Below, in pieces: positions 25,909-39,000 of a stretch of 64,000 bases of DNA. The notes under the pieces are model-generated. The model was not told the DNA's origin. It saw only the letters and a program-made list of their open reading frames with translations, and did not search any database. Positions within the stretch are counted from its first letter, which is position 1; the number at the start of each line of letters is the position of its first letter. Origin of the DNA: Mytilus californianus (lineage: Eukaryota); assembly GCF_021869535.1 (NCBI RefSeq), contig NW_026262690.1:69378001-69442000 (forward strand), read 5' to 3'. Both the position numbers and the translations under genes were made by a program.

Positions 25909-27484
25909 GAACTGTGAGCTTTTGCTATCACTTGGCGTCCGTCGTCGTCCGTCGTCGTCTGTCGTCGTCCGTCATCGTCCGTCTAGTGTAAACTATTTCA
26001 AACATCTTCCTCTCTGAAACTACTGAACCAATTCCAACCAAACTTTAGCTGAATGATGCTTAGGGTATCTAGAATAAAGTTTGTGTTTAATTTACTGTTT
26101 CGTCAAATAACATGGCCGCCATGGCTAAAAATAGAACATTAGGGTAAAATGCAGTTTTTGGCTTATATCTCAAAAACCAAAGCATTTAGAGCAAATCTGA
26201 CATGGGGGTTAAAGTGTTCATTAGGTGAAATTCTATCAGCCCTGAAATTTTCAGTTTAATCTGATAACCCATTGTTGGGTTGCTGCCACTAAATTGGTAA
26301 TTTTAAGGAAATTTTGCAGTTTTTGGTTATTATCTTGAATATTATTAATGATACAGATAAACTGTGAACAGCAAAAATGTTCAGCGAGGTAAGATCTACA
26401 AATAAGTTCATATGATCAAAATTGTCAATTGAGAATGACCCCTTAAGGAGTTATTGCCCTCTAAGGACATTTTTACACAATTTGTTTATCATGTTTTCTA
26501 ACTTAAAAAAATCTTCTTCTCTGAAACTTTTGAACCAATTCCAACCAAACTTAAGCTGAATGATTCTAAGGGTATCTATAATTAAGTTTGTGTTTTATTT
26601 TCTGTTTCGTAAAAAAACATGGCCGCCATGGCTAAAAATAGAATGTAGGGGTAAAATGCAATTTTTGGCTTGTATCTCAAAAACCAAAGCATTTAGAGCT
26701 AATCTGATGAGAGGTAACATAGGCGGATCCAGGGAGGCCCTGGGGGCCCAGGCCCCTCTTTTGTGGGAAAAATTTGGTTGATAATATAGGGAATTACTGA
26801 AGCATGACTGGAGCGGGCCCCCCTTAGGTCAGTCAGTGGCCCCCCCCCCCTAATGAAAAGTTTTGGATCCGCCACTGGGTAAAAATTTTTATTAGGCCAA
26901 GCTCTGTCAGCCCTGAAATTTTCAGATGAATCTAACAACCCATTGTTGGATTGCTGCAACTTAATTGGTAATTTTAAGGAAATTTTGCAGATTTTGGTTA
27001 TTATCTTGAATATTATTAATGATAAAGATAAACTGTAAACAGCAAAAATGTTCAGCAAAGTATGATCTACAAATAGGTTGGTATGACCAAAATTGTCAAT
27101 TGTCCCGTTAAGGAGTAATTGCCCTTTAAAATCAATTTTTAACAATTTGTTCATTTAGTTTGCTTACTTTAAAAAATCTTCTCCTTTGAAACTGCTGAAT
27201 TAATTTCAGCCAAACTTGGGCTGAATGAGTTTCAGAGTATCTAGTATAAGTTTTGTGTTTTATTTTCTTGTACGTCAAGAAACATAGCCACTATGGCTAA
27301 AATGAAACATAGGGTAAAATGCATTTCTTTGATTTTGAAGAAAATATGACAGATACAAAGAACATTTCAATGGAAGTTTTAAGCCATTCATTAATATATA
27401 TTGAAAAGCAAAAATAATCATTGATGAAAGATTTAAGCAAAAAAATTACAGGTGAGCGATTCAGGCTCTTGAGAGCCTCTTGTT
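25909..27484 (+). mobile_element. HINE-like family B, 5'-truncated, nested in family A copy 2, with long internal repeats
   Basis: Splits the host sequence cccaaataag|...|ctagtttccagac, which is nearly contiguous at 17761-17790. Has a (GTC) microsatellite, two to three long repeat units, and 3' end caggtgagcgattcaggctcttgagagcctcttgtt. A reverse 3' fragment lies at ~39355-39390. Confidence 0.75.
26718..26877. mobile_element. 160-bp MITE (ApaI-repeat-like family) nested in HINE-B
   Basis: TIR CATAGGCGGATCC...GGATCCGCCACTG; 5-bp TSD GGTAA at 26713-26717 and 26878-26882; absent from the sister repeat unit at ~26200. Confidence 0.88.
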
Positions 27485-30103
27485 CTAGTTTCCAGACAAT
27501 AACTTGTGAAAAGGTGTATGGATCCCTCTGAAATTATACCACAAGTTACCATATCACAAAGGGATGGTAAGAATTTGCTTTGGGGGGTTTAGGCTCAAAC
27601 TGTTTAGGAATTAGGGGCAAAAAAGGGGAAAAACCAGGGTTTTCAGGTTAATGGACAATTACTTAAGTACAAAACATAATTTTAAAGCAGTGTAAGGGAG
27701 GTAATTCAAACACATATTGTCAAATTACCTCCCTTACACTGTTTGTAAATTATTTATAAAGAAATGTATTGTCTTTAGGTGATTAGCTGTCAATTTATTT
27801 TTAGAAGTTACTATTTTAAAATTGTTTGATAAAGTTTATTTAATTATAGCCATGATTATGTATGTGAAGGAATTTTATTTTTAGATATTACTATTTAATG
27901 TTGCTGATGGAGGCTTTTTAATTTTAGGCATGATTATGATGTCATTTTCTATTTTAAAAACTATTTAATTATAGCCATGATTATGTATGTGAAGGAATTT
28001 TATTTTTAGATATTACTATTTAATGTTGCTGATGAAAGTGTTTTAATTTTAGGCATGATTATGATGTCATTTTCTATTTTAATACTTTTATGATGTATTT
28101 AAATGGGTTTTTATGGTTGCAAAGTCCTAGATGTCAATTTATTTTAAGAAGTTACTTTTAAATGCTGATGAAGGAATTTTATTTTTAGCCATGACTATAA
28201 TGTCATTTTCTATTTTAATACTTTTGTGATGTATTTAAATGGGCTTTTATGGCTAAAAAAAAAACATTTTTCTAGTTTCCAGACAGTAACTTGTGATTAA
28301 GTGTATGGATCTCTCTAAAATTGTACTACAAGGTTCCATACTACAAAGGAAAGACTGCAATTGAGTTTGATGGTTAATGCTAAAAGGGGGATTCAAAAAG
28401 TTTGGGGAGAAGGGAGGGTTTCCAATTTTTTTTTTAAAGGGTTCATATTTTTTTTTTTCAAAATTTTCAAAATTTCAAATTTTTGAAAAGTTTCAAGAAG
28501 AAATCTTCAATTGCACAGTATTGCGCATTAGATTTGTTAGATCTTTGACCACATTTATTTTGTGGCAGAAACCTTTATTATGTCAAAAATTTGATCACAA
28601 TCCAAATTCAGATAGTATCAATCAAGCTTGAATATTTTGTCCAAATTTGCCCCAACTGTTCAGGGATCGACCACTGCGGTCGTATCAGGCTGCGCTCAGC
28701 GAAGCCTTTTATTGTTATTTGTTTGAATTTGCCTAGTGACTTAAAAAAATGAAATCTCTGTCGCAAATCAATCGATTTTGATTATATATTTTCATCCTGA
28801 ACGTCTGAAGTGCTCTAATATGCGGAGAGTCGATATGTTTCGGTATCTTATAAAGCCAGTAGAAAAATGAACTGAAGTTGGTTATTGAAGAATTTATTCC
28901 AATTTCAAAATAATTTGCACAAAACAACACGCCTACTGTCCTCATCGCTTGCTAAATAATGAGAGTAATTTTCATGTGAAACGATACAAGGGATTTCTGT
29001 TTGACAAATAAAGCAACAATTTTCGTTTTTGAATAGTCGAAAATGATTAATCAGAAAATTTTCAATTACTCCATGACCATGATGACACCAGAAATATTTT
29101 GTCAAAGTATTGCCTCATATCAATCACTATTTAAAAAGTTATCTTCAATAGAAATGTTAATGCCAATGAAATTAATCGAGGTGGAGTGTTTCTTTTGTTG
29201 AGTTTGTTTAGAATTCTTATGTTATTTATAGCGTCATTACGGAGAACGTGCAATAATAATAATAATAATAATATAATAATAATAATTTCTGTTTGACAAT
29301 AATAAATGTATGTATGAAATTTAACATTTACTAGTAAAACTTACCAATATGTCAGTTCATCCGTTTATGATACATGTGTTTTCCCCCATTGGAAATGGCC
29401 TCCAGTCAACAAAGTCCAATTATGTAATTATGACACATCTATGTTTATTTAGCGGTTGATATTGCTAATTAAAACGGATTAACAGGTGTGAAAGGCGATT
29501 TTGATTAAATTAAATTTTCAATCCTTTGACCTTACATAATTCTTTTATTTTGGTAGATCTTGGCTCCTAACTAAATTTAAGAGTGTTTGTAGTATGTTTT
29601 AGAATTTTATGGATGGAAAAAATAAATGTTGCCATAAATTCTACAAATATACGATTGATGGAATTAAAAATGGAAATTATAATACTCTTGTGTTCATTCG
29701 TTTGCTTCGAAAGTCCGAGGAACTTTACCATCTACATGCATTGCTTATCTCAGCCTCTTTCAATTAGTTGTTTAAACCACCGGCTGTTGATGTAGACTTC
29801 GCATGTTTGAAGAAAGTCATTGTTGTTATTTGGAACTTTATTTCCACCTGCCCTTTGAAGTTTTTTCGTTTTCATCTGACACAATCATGTTGGCAGAAGA
29901 CTTAGGCATTATTACACAGGCACTTAATTGTCTCTTGATTTTTTTTAACCTGTATACCTTTATACATTTTTTTACTCTGACAACACATCCTGTATTTTTT
30001 GTCTCTTTGAAGAGATTCCTTGAACAGCACCCGTCAACTACATCAACATTATAGATATATATCAACTGCATGTTATGTTAATAAGGTGCAACGAATAAAA
30101 CGA

Positions 30104-30400
30104 AAATGTCCTGTATAAAAAGCGCAAATGTCCTGTATATAAAGCGCAAATGTCCTATGAAGTGAATCGTAAATGTCATATAAAGTGAATCGTAAATGTT
30201 CTTTGAAGTAAAGTGTAAATGTGTTATAAAGTGAATCGTGAATGTCCTATGAAGTGAATCGTAAATGTCATATAAAGTGAATCGTAAATGTTCTTTGAAG
30301 TAAAGCGTAAATGTGTTATAAAGTGAATCGTGAATGTCCTATGAAGTAAAGCGTAAATGTCCTATACAGTGAAGCGTAAATGTCCTATAAAGTGTCCGCG
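30104..30400. repeat. 23-bp minisatellite with a 4-mer (92-bp) higher-order repeat
   Basis: Unit aaatgtcctatgaagtgaatcgt; variant order A-B-C-D-A-B-C-D-A'. Confidence 0.9.
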
Positions 30401-30848
30401 CACACGTCCCGTGCCAATTATAAGGATGTCTATGATGTGTTATGAAGTAACATCGCATCTCAAACGTGACCTCAAAGAAATACCTTGTAGAATTTACTAG
30501 GTAAACAAGTAAACTAACTGTCTTTTGGATAACTAGCCATTCTACTAAATCTTACTCGGTAGAAAGTAATCTTACCAGAATGACTAGTACATCTACTAGA
30601 AAAAAAATAGTAATTTTAACCAGAAAGACATAAGTACTTGATTAAATTTCTCTGTTTCTGTAGGTAAGCAAGTACATCTACTGGGTATTTCTTTCAGTGT
30701 AGCATTGTATAAATAAACCAATTAAACTGATTTGGGTGTGAAAGGATTGAACTACTTTTAAATATTTTTTTAATTTCCGGGTCCAAATACATGCTCCTAA
30801 CATCACGATTCCATTTCCTCTCATTTACAACTCTGTCACAACATCATA

Positions 30849-31430
30849 AAAATAAGGAGATGTGGTATGTGTGTCAATGGTACAACTATACACCAAAGTT
30901 CAAATAAAGTGGATGTTAGCAATTAAAGGTAACCGTACGGCCTTCAACAATGAGAAAAACCCATACCGTATGGTCTGCTATAAAAGGCCCCGACATGAAA
31001 AATATGAAACAATTCAACTGAGAAAACTAACGGCCTAAGTTATAACAAAACAATTTACGAAAAACAAATATGACAGACGTGAACCAACGACAACCACTGA
31101 ACTACAGGCTCCTGACTTGGGACAGGCACATAAAGAATGTGGCGGGGTTAAACATGATTGTGAGCGCTCAACCCTCCCTTTACCTGGGACAGCGGTGTAA
31201 CAGCACAACATAAGAACAAACTATAAAAATCAGTTGAAAAGGCTTAACTCATCAGATCGATACAAAGACAAACATTAAACAAAAACACAGAGTGGACGTG
31301 GCAGGGTATATATCCATCCCTCATCCCTAACAAAAAACATACACAAGTACAGATCTGAGAGTACTCGCAGTTACTAATAGCTAGTTCAAAGCCAATAACA
31401 ACTAATTAAAAAATCATGTATCTAAGACTA
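30849..31430 (+). repeat. Most complete copy of the abundant unclassified interspersed repeat
   Basis: Covers the segments seen in the 425, 6045 and 46780 copies. Confidence 0.85.
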
Positions 31431-32016
31431 AAACATCCTTTTGTGAACGGCGTGGGATCACATCTAAATACGTTCATTTGTTACCCCATCGGAATCACTT
31501 GATTTCTATTTTATTTAGAAATTTCATGATTTAATTCTATTACAGGAGTGTTGACTACTTTGATTACCCGCGATGGTCTCGCATGGTCGGTGAGCTCAAA
31601 GATTTGAAGGCAGTGTAGAAAATATATGTACTATGGGAACAACCATTTTCTTGGGGGTGGGGTATATTCTGTTGCTATTTTAGCTTATTTTTCTTATATT
31701 ATTTTCGATTTTGCATAAAAGTATATCCTGCTTATTGGGAGGCAGAATATTCATTTTCATCTGTATTTATATTACCATGCCAGAAATTCTCAAATATCCT
31801 CCTGGACAAACCATAGCAGCAGAAAAAAAAATATTTTGAGGTTCTATTTTGGTAAAAATCACACGACGATAAGGGCATTGACTCCCCTCTTGCAAATGAT
31901 TTCACAACAATATGATTTTAACTCATCATTCAATAGTCTGTTATGTCCTAAATTTTGATTTCATGACAACTCTTATATTAATAATGTAACTGTATATATC
32001 CAGGTATACAATTCCA

Positions 32017-32510
32017 TTTTTATGGCCCCGCCACAAAGTGGTCGGGACCATATAGTGTTACTCTTATCCGTCATTCCGCCACGAACAGTTATACTGATTT
32101 TTTTTTCTAAACGCGTTCACATATTGAGCTGATTTTAAGTAAGTGATTCTACTATGATGATTTACAGATCGAGTTTACCTTTGGTTCCGCTCCGCAATAT
32201 TTGCCGAAAATAAGGGATGTGGACTTTGAAATGATTTCTTGAAAATAACAGTTATACGGACGTTTTTTTCTAAACGCCATCACATATTGAGCTGATTTTT
32301 AGTATGTGAGTCTACTATGATGAGTTACAGATCTAGATTACGTTTGATCCCGCTCTGCTGATTTTTGCCGAAATTACGGGTTTTGGAGTTTGAAAATTTC
32401 GTTTAAATAACAGTTATACGGACTTTCATTCTCAAATTTCCACTCCTAAAAATGACTTCCAGCCTTTTTTTGCGAGCGGGCCATTCTTGTCGTTCCGACC
32501 AATCTAGTTT
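32017..32510 (+). mobile_element. HINE-like family F with two internal repeat units
   Basis: ttttt-atggccccgccac...gggaccat 5' hairpin, tccgtc block, duplicated unit (catattgagctgatttt...ctactatgatga), 3' gcgggccat and terminal ctagtt. Confidence 0.6.
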
Positions 32511-34173
32511 AATTAATTCCTTTCCGGTGTAAATGTTAATTTAGAATCCCGATATTAGTGATTAAGTTTTAACTATAGTTTATGCATGCAATCCCTATTG
32601 CAAAAGTTCAGTTCTAAAATATTTTGTTCATGTAAATGTTAACATTTCCACAACAAACTGAACGAGACTAACATTCAATAAAAAGAAAAGAAAAGAAAAA
32701 GGAGCAGTTAAAAAGAAAAAGTCTAACCGTTTGGAATTAAGAATGCTGATCGAAATTCCTATATCAAGACACAAAAAGAACAACAATGACTTCAAACATT
32801 GGATGTGATAATAGTCACAGTGGGTTAATTTTTGTCTCGCTTGTGACGAATGCGAGACGAGATCTGGAAATTTTATACATATCTTTTATACAGCTGCATG
32901 ATGTTTGAAATTTCCGCCAAAGCATCTGACCTTTACCTGTTTTCGTGATTCATTGGTCAACTTTGAGTTTTCGTGATCATTCACTTTTATTCTGTGAAGA
33001 AATGATTGCAATGTGTACATGCTCGTACGGTAGGGTTCAATTGGAATTTACATCAATTTCATGGTTTATTGTTCAACGTTTCGTGTTTAAAGTTAGGTCC
33101 GTTTGTCAGATACTATTAGCTATAGGTCAACAATATTTGATATATGGAAAATTGGTGTACATGACCGTCTGGAAAGGATTCATCTGACCATTACCTGATT
33201 TCCATGCTTTTGGTTGACGTTAAGTTTTCATGATTATGTCCGTGTCGGTGTATGGAATGATTGCAAGGTGTACATGTCTGTCCAATAGGACGGTCTGGAA
33301 TTGACATTTTCATTTTTTGTTGGTCAACGTTCAGGTTCGTGATAAGATCCTTTATTAAGATACTGTAATGTCAAATGTTTGCAAGGAGGACACGTCCGAC
33401 CGGCATGGTTCACCTGACATAGACCTCATGTTCATGGTTCCTTGGTGACTTTAAAGTCTCGGCAACAGAGGGGTAAACCAAGCAGATATCTTGTATATCC
33501 CATTTGGAAGTTATGTGATAACACAAAAACAAAATATACACAGAACTTGATTGAATTTCATTTACACCAACAGAAGTTATTATATTAAATCATGTTTAGT
33601 ATTTTTTGTTGTCTTGTAGTCATAACTAAACTGTAACTATTCTGCCCTAATACGGCCACTGCGATTAGTTAATAAGATAAGATTATTTGTATTTTATTAG
33701 TATTTGTATGATACAGCTCGGTGTGTTTGATTGTTTGTAGTTTCTACAATAAGTAACATCCGATTTGTTTTATTACTGGGAAGAAGTACATTGATTCGTG
33801 TCATCAAGTTTCCTCATGTTTTATGTCTTCATACTACATAATTTGTTAGTGTCAGATATATGCTGTGTTCAATAATGTGATGTATGTTTAGGAGCGGATC
33901 TTATTAAGTTATAAATTTTGTGTCTGTATCATTTGTCATTTTAAACAATAAAATCTGCTTAAGCAAATATTATAAATAAATGATGAAGAAAACAAAAACC
34001 AAAAACTAAATGGAATTGAAGCTACAACAGCTTTGATAAATATATATATATATATTAGAAATCACAAATTACATTAATAGATGACGAAGTCGTAACAACA
34101 CTAAGAACATTTATATGACTAGAACAAATTCATTCCTAACTTATTGTCTACTTTCTATATGGTAAATACATTT

Positions 34174-35421
34174 TCAATGATAAAATTCTAGTCTGTGCTT
34201 TTTAAGATAACTGTGCCTGCCAAACGTTTCTCCGCATTCTTTACACTTATAACGAGGTTCTCCAGAGTGCACATGCAGGTGATGTTTCAACGTTGACAAC
34301 TGTGTAAATGATTTGGTACATATACTACATGCGTATGGCTTTTCGTTAGTGTGAATTCTCCGATGAGAAGTGTAAGAAGCGTGAAAAGTAAATTGTTTAT
34401 CGCAAAAATCACATTTATAAGGTTTTTCACCGGTATGTAATCGAACATGTCGTACGAGATGATGCTTTTCGCTAAACTCTTTTGGACAAAAGTCACATTT
34501 GTATTCTCTCGTAGCTGATGGGTTGTGACATTTCATATGGCGAGTCAACTGGTGGCGTTGTCCAAAATATCGGCCACAGATCTCACACTTGATAGGCTCT
34601 TCTTTGTGTAAAATTTCTCCAGTGTGAACACGACTGTGTCGTCTGAGATGACTCATTTGTTTGAATGAGAGGTGACACAGATCACAATGAAAAGGTCGTT
34701 CGCCTGTATGGACTCTCATGTGATCCTCAAACTCTCTCTTTTCCTGCACAAGCTTTCCACACACTCCACATTTAAACTTAAACTTTTTATCCTCGTTAGT
34801 AACATCACCGTTGTGAGATCTTACATGGTTATCTAGTCGGCTTTTCCTTCCAAAAGTTTTGCCACAAATATCACATTGAAATTTCTTATTGTGATTTGAA
34901 TCTCCTGTATGAATTTCAATATGCCTTTTTAAATTCCAGTTCCTTGAAAAGCTTTTATAGCAAATTTTGCATTCCAAAGTTTTATTTTGTATCAATTTAC
35001 CTAATAAAATACCATTCTCAGATTCCGTTTCCTTTTTGCTTTTTTGAAAGACATCCATTTTCTTTCTTCTTTCTGGTGTGGCCCCAGTATGCGACAGTCG
35101 ATGTCGGATCATTGTGTACCTGTCAGAGAATATTCGGAGACAAACGTCACACTCGGCTCGCTCTTTCTGAGAATTTTCCACATCTTTTTGCAGGGCGGCA
35201 ATAGTATTAATTTCAGGTGGTTTATAATCACTGTTATAGATTTCAATCTCGTGAACTGTAAATACCAGATCTAATGCACTTGTATATTCTTCTTTAATTT
35301 TATAAAATAACCTAACACATTCTTCAGTCACGTTTATTTCGTCTTCCATAACTTCTTCGGTTATTTCATAATACTCGGGATCTTGTATAAAGAAACTTTC
35401 ATCGTCTGTTTGGATCGTCAT
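34174..35421 (-). CDS. ZNF paralogue 4: 415-aa C2H2 zinc-finger protein, 10 fingers
   Basis: Intact ORF. The likely start is MTIQTDDESFFIQDPEYYEI at 35421, 16 nt after the acceptor tttttcgtttacAG; the track start at 35457 lies in the intron. Confidence 0.92.
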   Translation of the reverse strand: MTIQTDDESFFIQDPEYYEITEEVMEDEINVTEECVRLFYKIKEEYTSALDLVFTVHEIEIYNSDYKPPEINTIAALQKDVENSQKERAECDVCLRIFSDRYTMIRHRLSHTGATPERRKKMDVFQKSKKETESENGILLGKLIQNKTLECKICYKSFSRNWNLKRHIEIHTGDSNHNKKFQCDICGKTFGRKSRLDNHVRSHNGDVTNEDKKFKFKCGVCGKLVQEKREFEDHMRVHTGERPFHCDLCHLSFKQMSHLRRHSRVHTGEILHKEEPIKCEICGRYFGQRHQLTRHMKCHNPSATREYKCDFCPKEFSEKHHLVRHVRLHTGEKPYKCDFCDKQFTFHASYTSHRRIHTNEKPYACSICTKSFTQLSTLKHHLHVHSGEPRYKCKECGETFGRHSYLKKHRLEFYH

Positions 35422-35495
35422 GATCGGTAGAATCTTCCTGTAAACGAAAAATAACAAATAACTATGCGTTGATGGAAGATTTTATATAGTCTCGA

Positions 35496-36025
35496 TTTTT
35501 ATGCCCCCGCAACTGAAAGTTGGGGGCATATTGTTTTACCCATGTCCGCCCGTCCGTCTGTCCTTCCGTCCGTCCGTCCGTCCCATTATGGGTATATAGC
35601 TATTCCAGATAACTCCTCCTACAGTTTGAATGCTAGGAAGTTTTCACTTTGCTGGCTGTTTGTACATATATTGAAGGTGTGCATGTGGTCAGGGTTTTGA
35701 TTTTTATTGATATTTGCTTTTTTGGAGAGAGTTCAACTTTGTCATTTTTGGAGTATATACTTTTTCACTTTGCTGGCTGTTTGTACATATATTGAAGGTG
35801 TGCTTGTGGTGAGGGTTTTGATTTTTATTAATATTTGCTCTTTTGGGAGATAGTTGAACTTTGTCATTTTTGGAGTATATACTTGCATAAGAGGTGCATT
35901 AAACCGTTTCCGGATAACTCCCCCTATAGTGAACCATAGACAAATGTGCTCAAATGCTCAACTTTTTGTATTTTAGAATAACACTTTGCATCTGCGGGGG
36001 CATCATTTGTGTCTCCCAGACACAA
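35496..36025 (+). mobile_element. HINE-like family D, copy 1
   Basis: ttttt-atgcccccgc...gggggcat hairpin, (GTCC)n, two ~125-bp internal units, 3' gcgggggcat and terminal hairpin ttgtgtct-ccc-agacacaa. Reverse copy at 47154-47444. Confidence 0.8.
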
Positions 36026-39000
36026 TAATATCTCAAAGAAAGTCCTACATTGACTTTGTTATAATACAGTTACTTCAGAGTGGAGTGCGGGGGATTACTT
36101 TGTCTAGTTTTATGCATAACTTTTCTAGACTCTGTGCGATTTAGAGGATTTGTCTATCATTGGCAACCGTACGATGACCTCTTAATGTCTTTTAGTTTTT
36201 TAAAAGGTTGGACCTTAGTTCCAATTCTTTCCTAAGGCATGACCGGTGTAAAGCCGTGTGAATTACTGCATCTTCATGCACTGAAATATAGTTCCCAGAT
36301 ACTTTCCACACACAAGCGAACTGAGAAAAAAACTGTGTTCAATCTTTGGAGTTTTGGGGGCAATCCATCATTTAGCTAGACTAAGACCGATTCGAAAGTA
36401 GTTCTTAAATAATCCATAGTTTCTAGTAATGTGTACGAGACGAATTTATCGACCATCTACTGCATGTGTGTGAGACCAATTTATCGACCATGCATCTTAT
36501 TGTATAAACGTCTCTCAATTCGAAAAGAAGGAACAAAGACAAAGAAGCGACTGCTTATAGAACATAGAACGTTTGTGCTTTTTAAAACTAGGGACCCATG
36601 AAAATATAAGAACATGGGATTTTTTTAAAGATACGTAAGTTGTAATGTTGTGACGTTTTGGTAGTAATATATAATGTATCGATAGAAAAAAAATTATATT
36701 CATTGTAAAGTTCTAAACCAATCTGATTAAAATTTATATCTATCGATACTCGCGTGCTCGTCGAATGCTTCAATATGAGCAGATTGACTACTAAATGTAA
36801 AAAAAAAAATAGCGGGAAAATTAGTTTTGATATTTTGAAAAACTTTCAAAATTCGCATATTTAACATAAAACTAAACGGGATGCAGATGCTTATTTAGGG
36901 AGTGCCTCCTTAAAATCAAGTATTTATCAACTTGCTGGCTAGATTGGTAATTAAGGTAATTGTGAGTAAGTAAATGAAAGTACGTATATTCAATACAATC
37001 AATACATGATAATCAACAAAAAATTAAAACAAAGGTAAGTTTTAAATTTTCAGCCCCTTTTTTTAAAGTTTCTTGTCCTTGTTTCCGTAACTTGGTTTAC
37101 TTACGTTAAGTTACAAATGTTTCTCTTCCACTATAGTGTACAACAGTAGCTCTAGATGAAACCACAACTTCACAAATATATGATAAATTGGAGTACCATC
37201 GACTGATATGTACAATATTTAAATGACTCTTGATCTTAGTAGTGATCTGTCAAATTTTAGACAACTCAATTAGTATCCACTAGCATCTTTTACTCTGTCA
37301 TTATTTATGGTTAATTGATTAGATTTGTGTTATGAGTTTGTGTTCAGTCATAGGTTGTTGTATACTGGGGATGTGTATAACGTAAGCTAAATATTAGGTC
37401 ACAGTAAGCTTAATATAAAGCCAATGTTGATATGACACGACAGAAGACATGTTTTGTTGATAAAGATATTTTGATAAAATTGTTAGCAACAATTGTAGAT
37501 TAAAAAAAAGAATAAAAATTCGTATTTTTGTCGTGCTGTTTAATATTTAGATAAATTGCCTATATAATTTTTAACATTTTTATCAGGCTAGTTAAAACGG
37601 AACTGGTTCTAACTTCTAGTATTTTATTTTCTAAGCCTCGAATCTACATTACATATTTAAATCAAAGCATCGTTGATGTTGTGATCCAGCCATATTCATA
37701 GCTAGTCTGATATTCTTTCTGACCATACTTTTATCAATATTTTTCCAATCTTACTGTTAAATTTCAATGTTATTACCCACAGGTAGGGAATTTCGCAATA
37801 TTGATGCAAATAATGATATATATATATATTGATATTTCAATTTTAGACTCAATGTCAGATATTTTTTTTTATAAATATTTGCAATTTAATGGTATTGACA
37901 TGAATGGAAAGTGAAATCGTCAAACAAGTAATATATTTTTTAATATGCCATTAATCATAACTGGCTTAATAATTTCCAGAAAGAGGCCTTGGAAATGCAC
38001 TTTCTCAACAACAAAATTGAAAAAAAAAAATAATAACTAATGTTTATCTAAATTTGTGTTCATTCTTCACTAAGAAAAAATACATTTCGAATTCCTGTAT
38101 TCAAATTTAAATGTACAAATACCTAATGCTGAGATATTTCCAATTACTGTTAAATAGAAATATAATGGGATATAAATGTAGAACAAACAAATTAATTTTA
38201 TTGCAGAAAATGCTCAGGTAAGAGTTACATAATTTTGTTTATTGTTTCAACCAAATTTCTGATAATTGTAACTAATTAATTAGATCTTGATTATTGACTT
38301 ATGTCAGATGATAATGACACTGATTTTACAAGTGAAATAAAATTTGCTTGCATTTTTTATACATAATTTTACATTTTTTGTCTTTTCTTTGAAAAAAAAC
38401 CACGTCTGATTAATCATTCAGCTAGCTAGCAAAACTAACAGAATATTTTAATGTAGTGTAGATCAAAATAAATAATACATTTGTAGGTTTACTATTGAGG
38501 TCAAGAATGTGTGTATTCAGTTAGGTGTGTAATAAATTGTGCCTATTTTATTATGTAACAGGTCATGAGATATTAAATGTGGTGAATTAAGACTGGGGTT
38601 GTTTCCAATTAATACTTACACCTTTGAGTGTAATTATTAGAAAATCATGACAGTTTATAATCATACTGACTCTTACTTGCCTATGGAAAGAATTAGAGTT
38701 ATCCCATTTTAAAAAAGTGTGGGAATCAACTTAGATATATTAATACACATGTTGACCTAAATTTCATAGAACAAAAACTTACACAAGCATAAGATAATAA
38801 TAAAATACTTTCAAAAATTTTTATCAACTGATTCAATTGATGTAAAAATACTTTTTCAATTTATTTCATAAATAGTAAATCATAAATTTTGATTTACAAA
38901 GGAACTATATGCAAGTGTATATCTAAAATAAAAGGGTTGTTCGACCAATCTTTTCTTAATTTAAGGGCAAATAACATGTCAAAAGTTGGCAGTTGATGAT

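Larger units (their letters stand above)
25686..28712 (+). mobile_element. HINE-like family A, copy 2 (interrupted by nested elements)
   Basis: Same 5' hairpin, (GTC)n, conserved block and 3' end (ccccaactgttcaggg...tgcggtcgtatca.gctgcgc) as 17541-19583. Confidence 0.8.

Noticed and set aside
35422-35457. ORF-track N-terminal extension MLFFVYRKILPI of ZNF4
   Set aside because: It starts at a non-ATG codon within the polypyrimidine tract of the acceptor; homology places the start at 35421.
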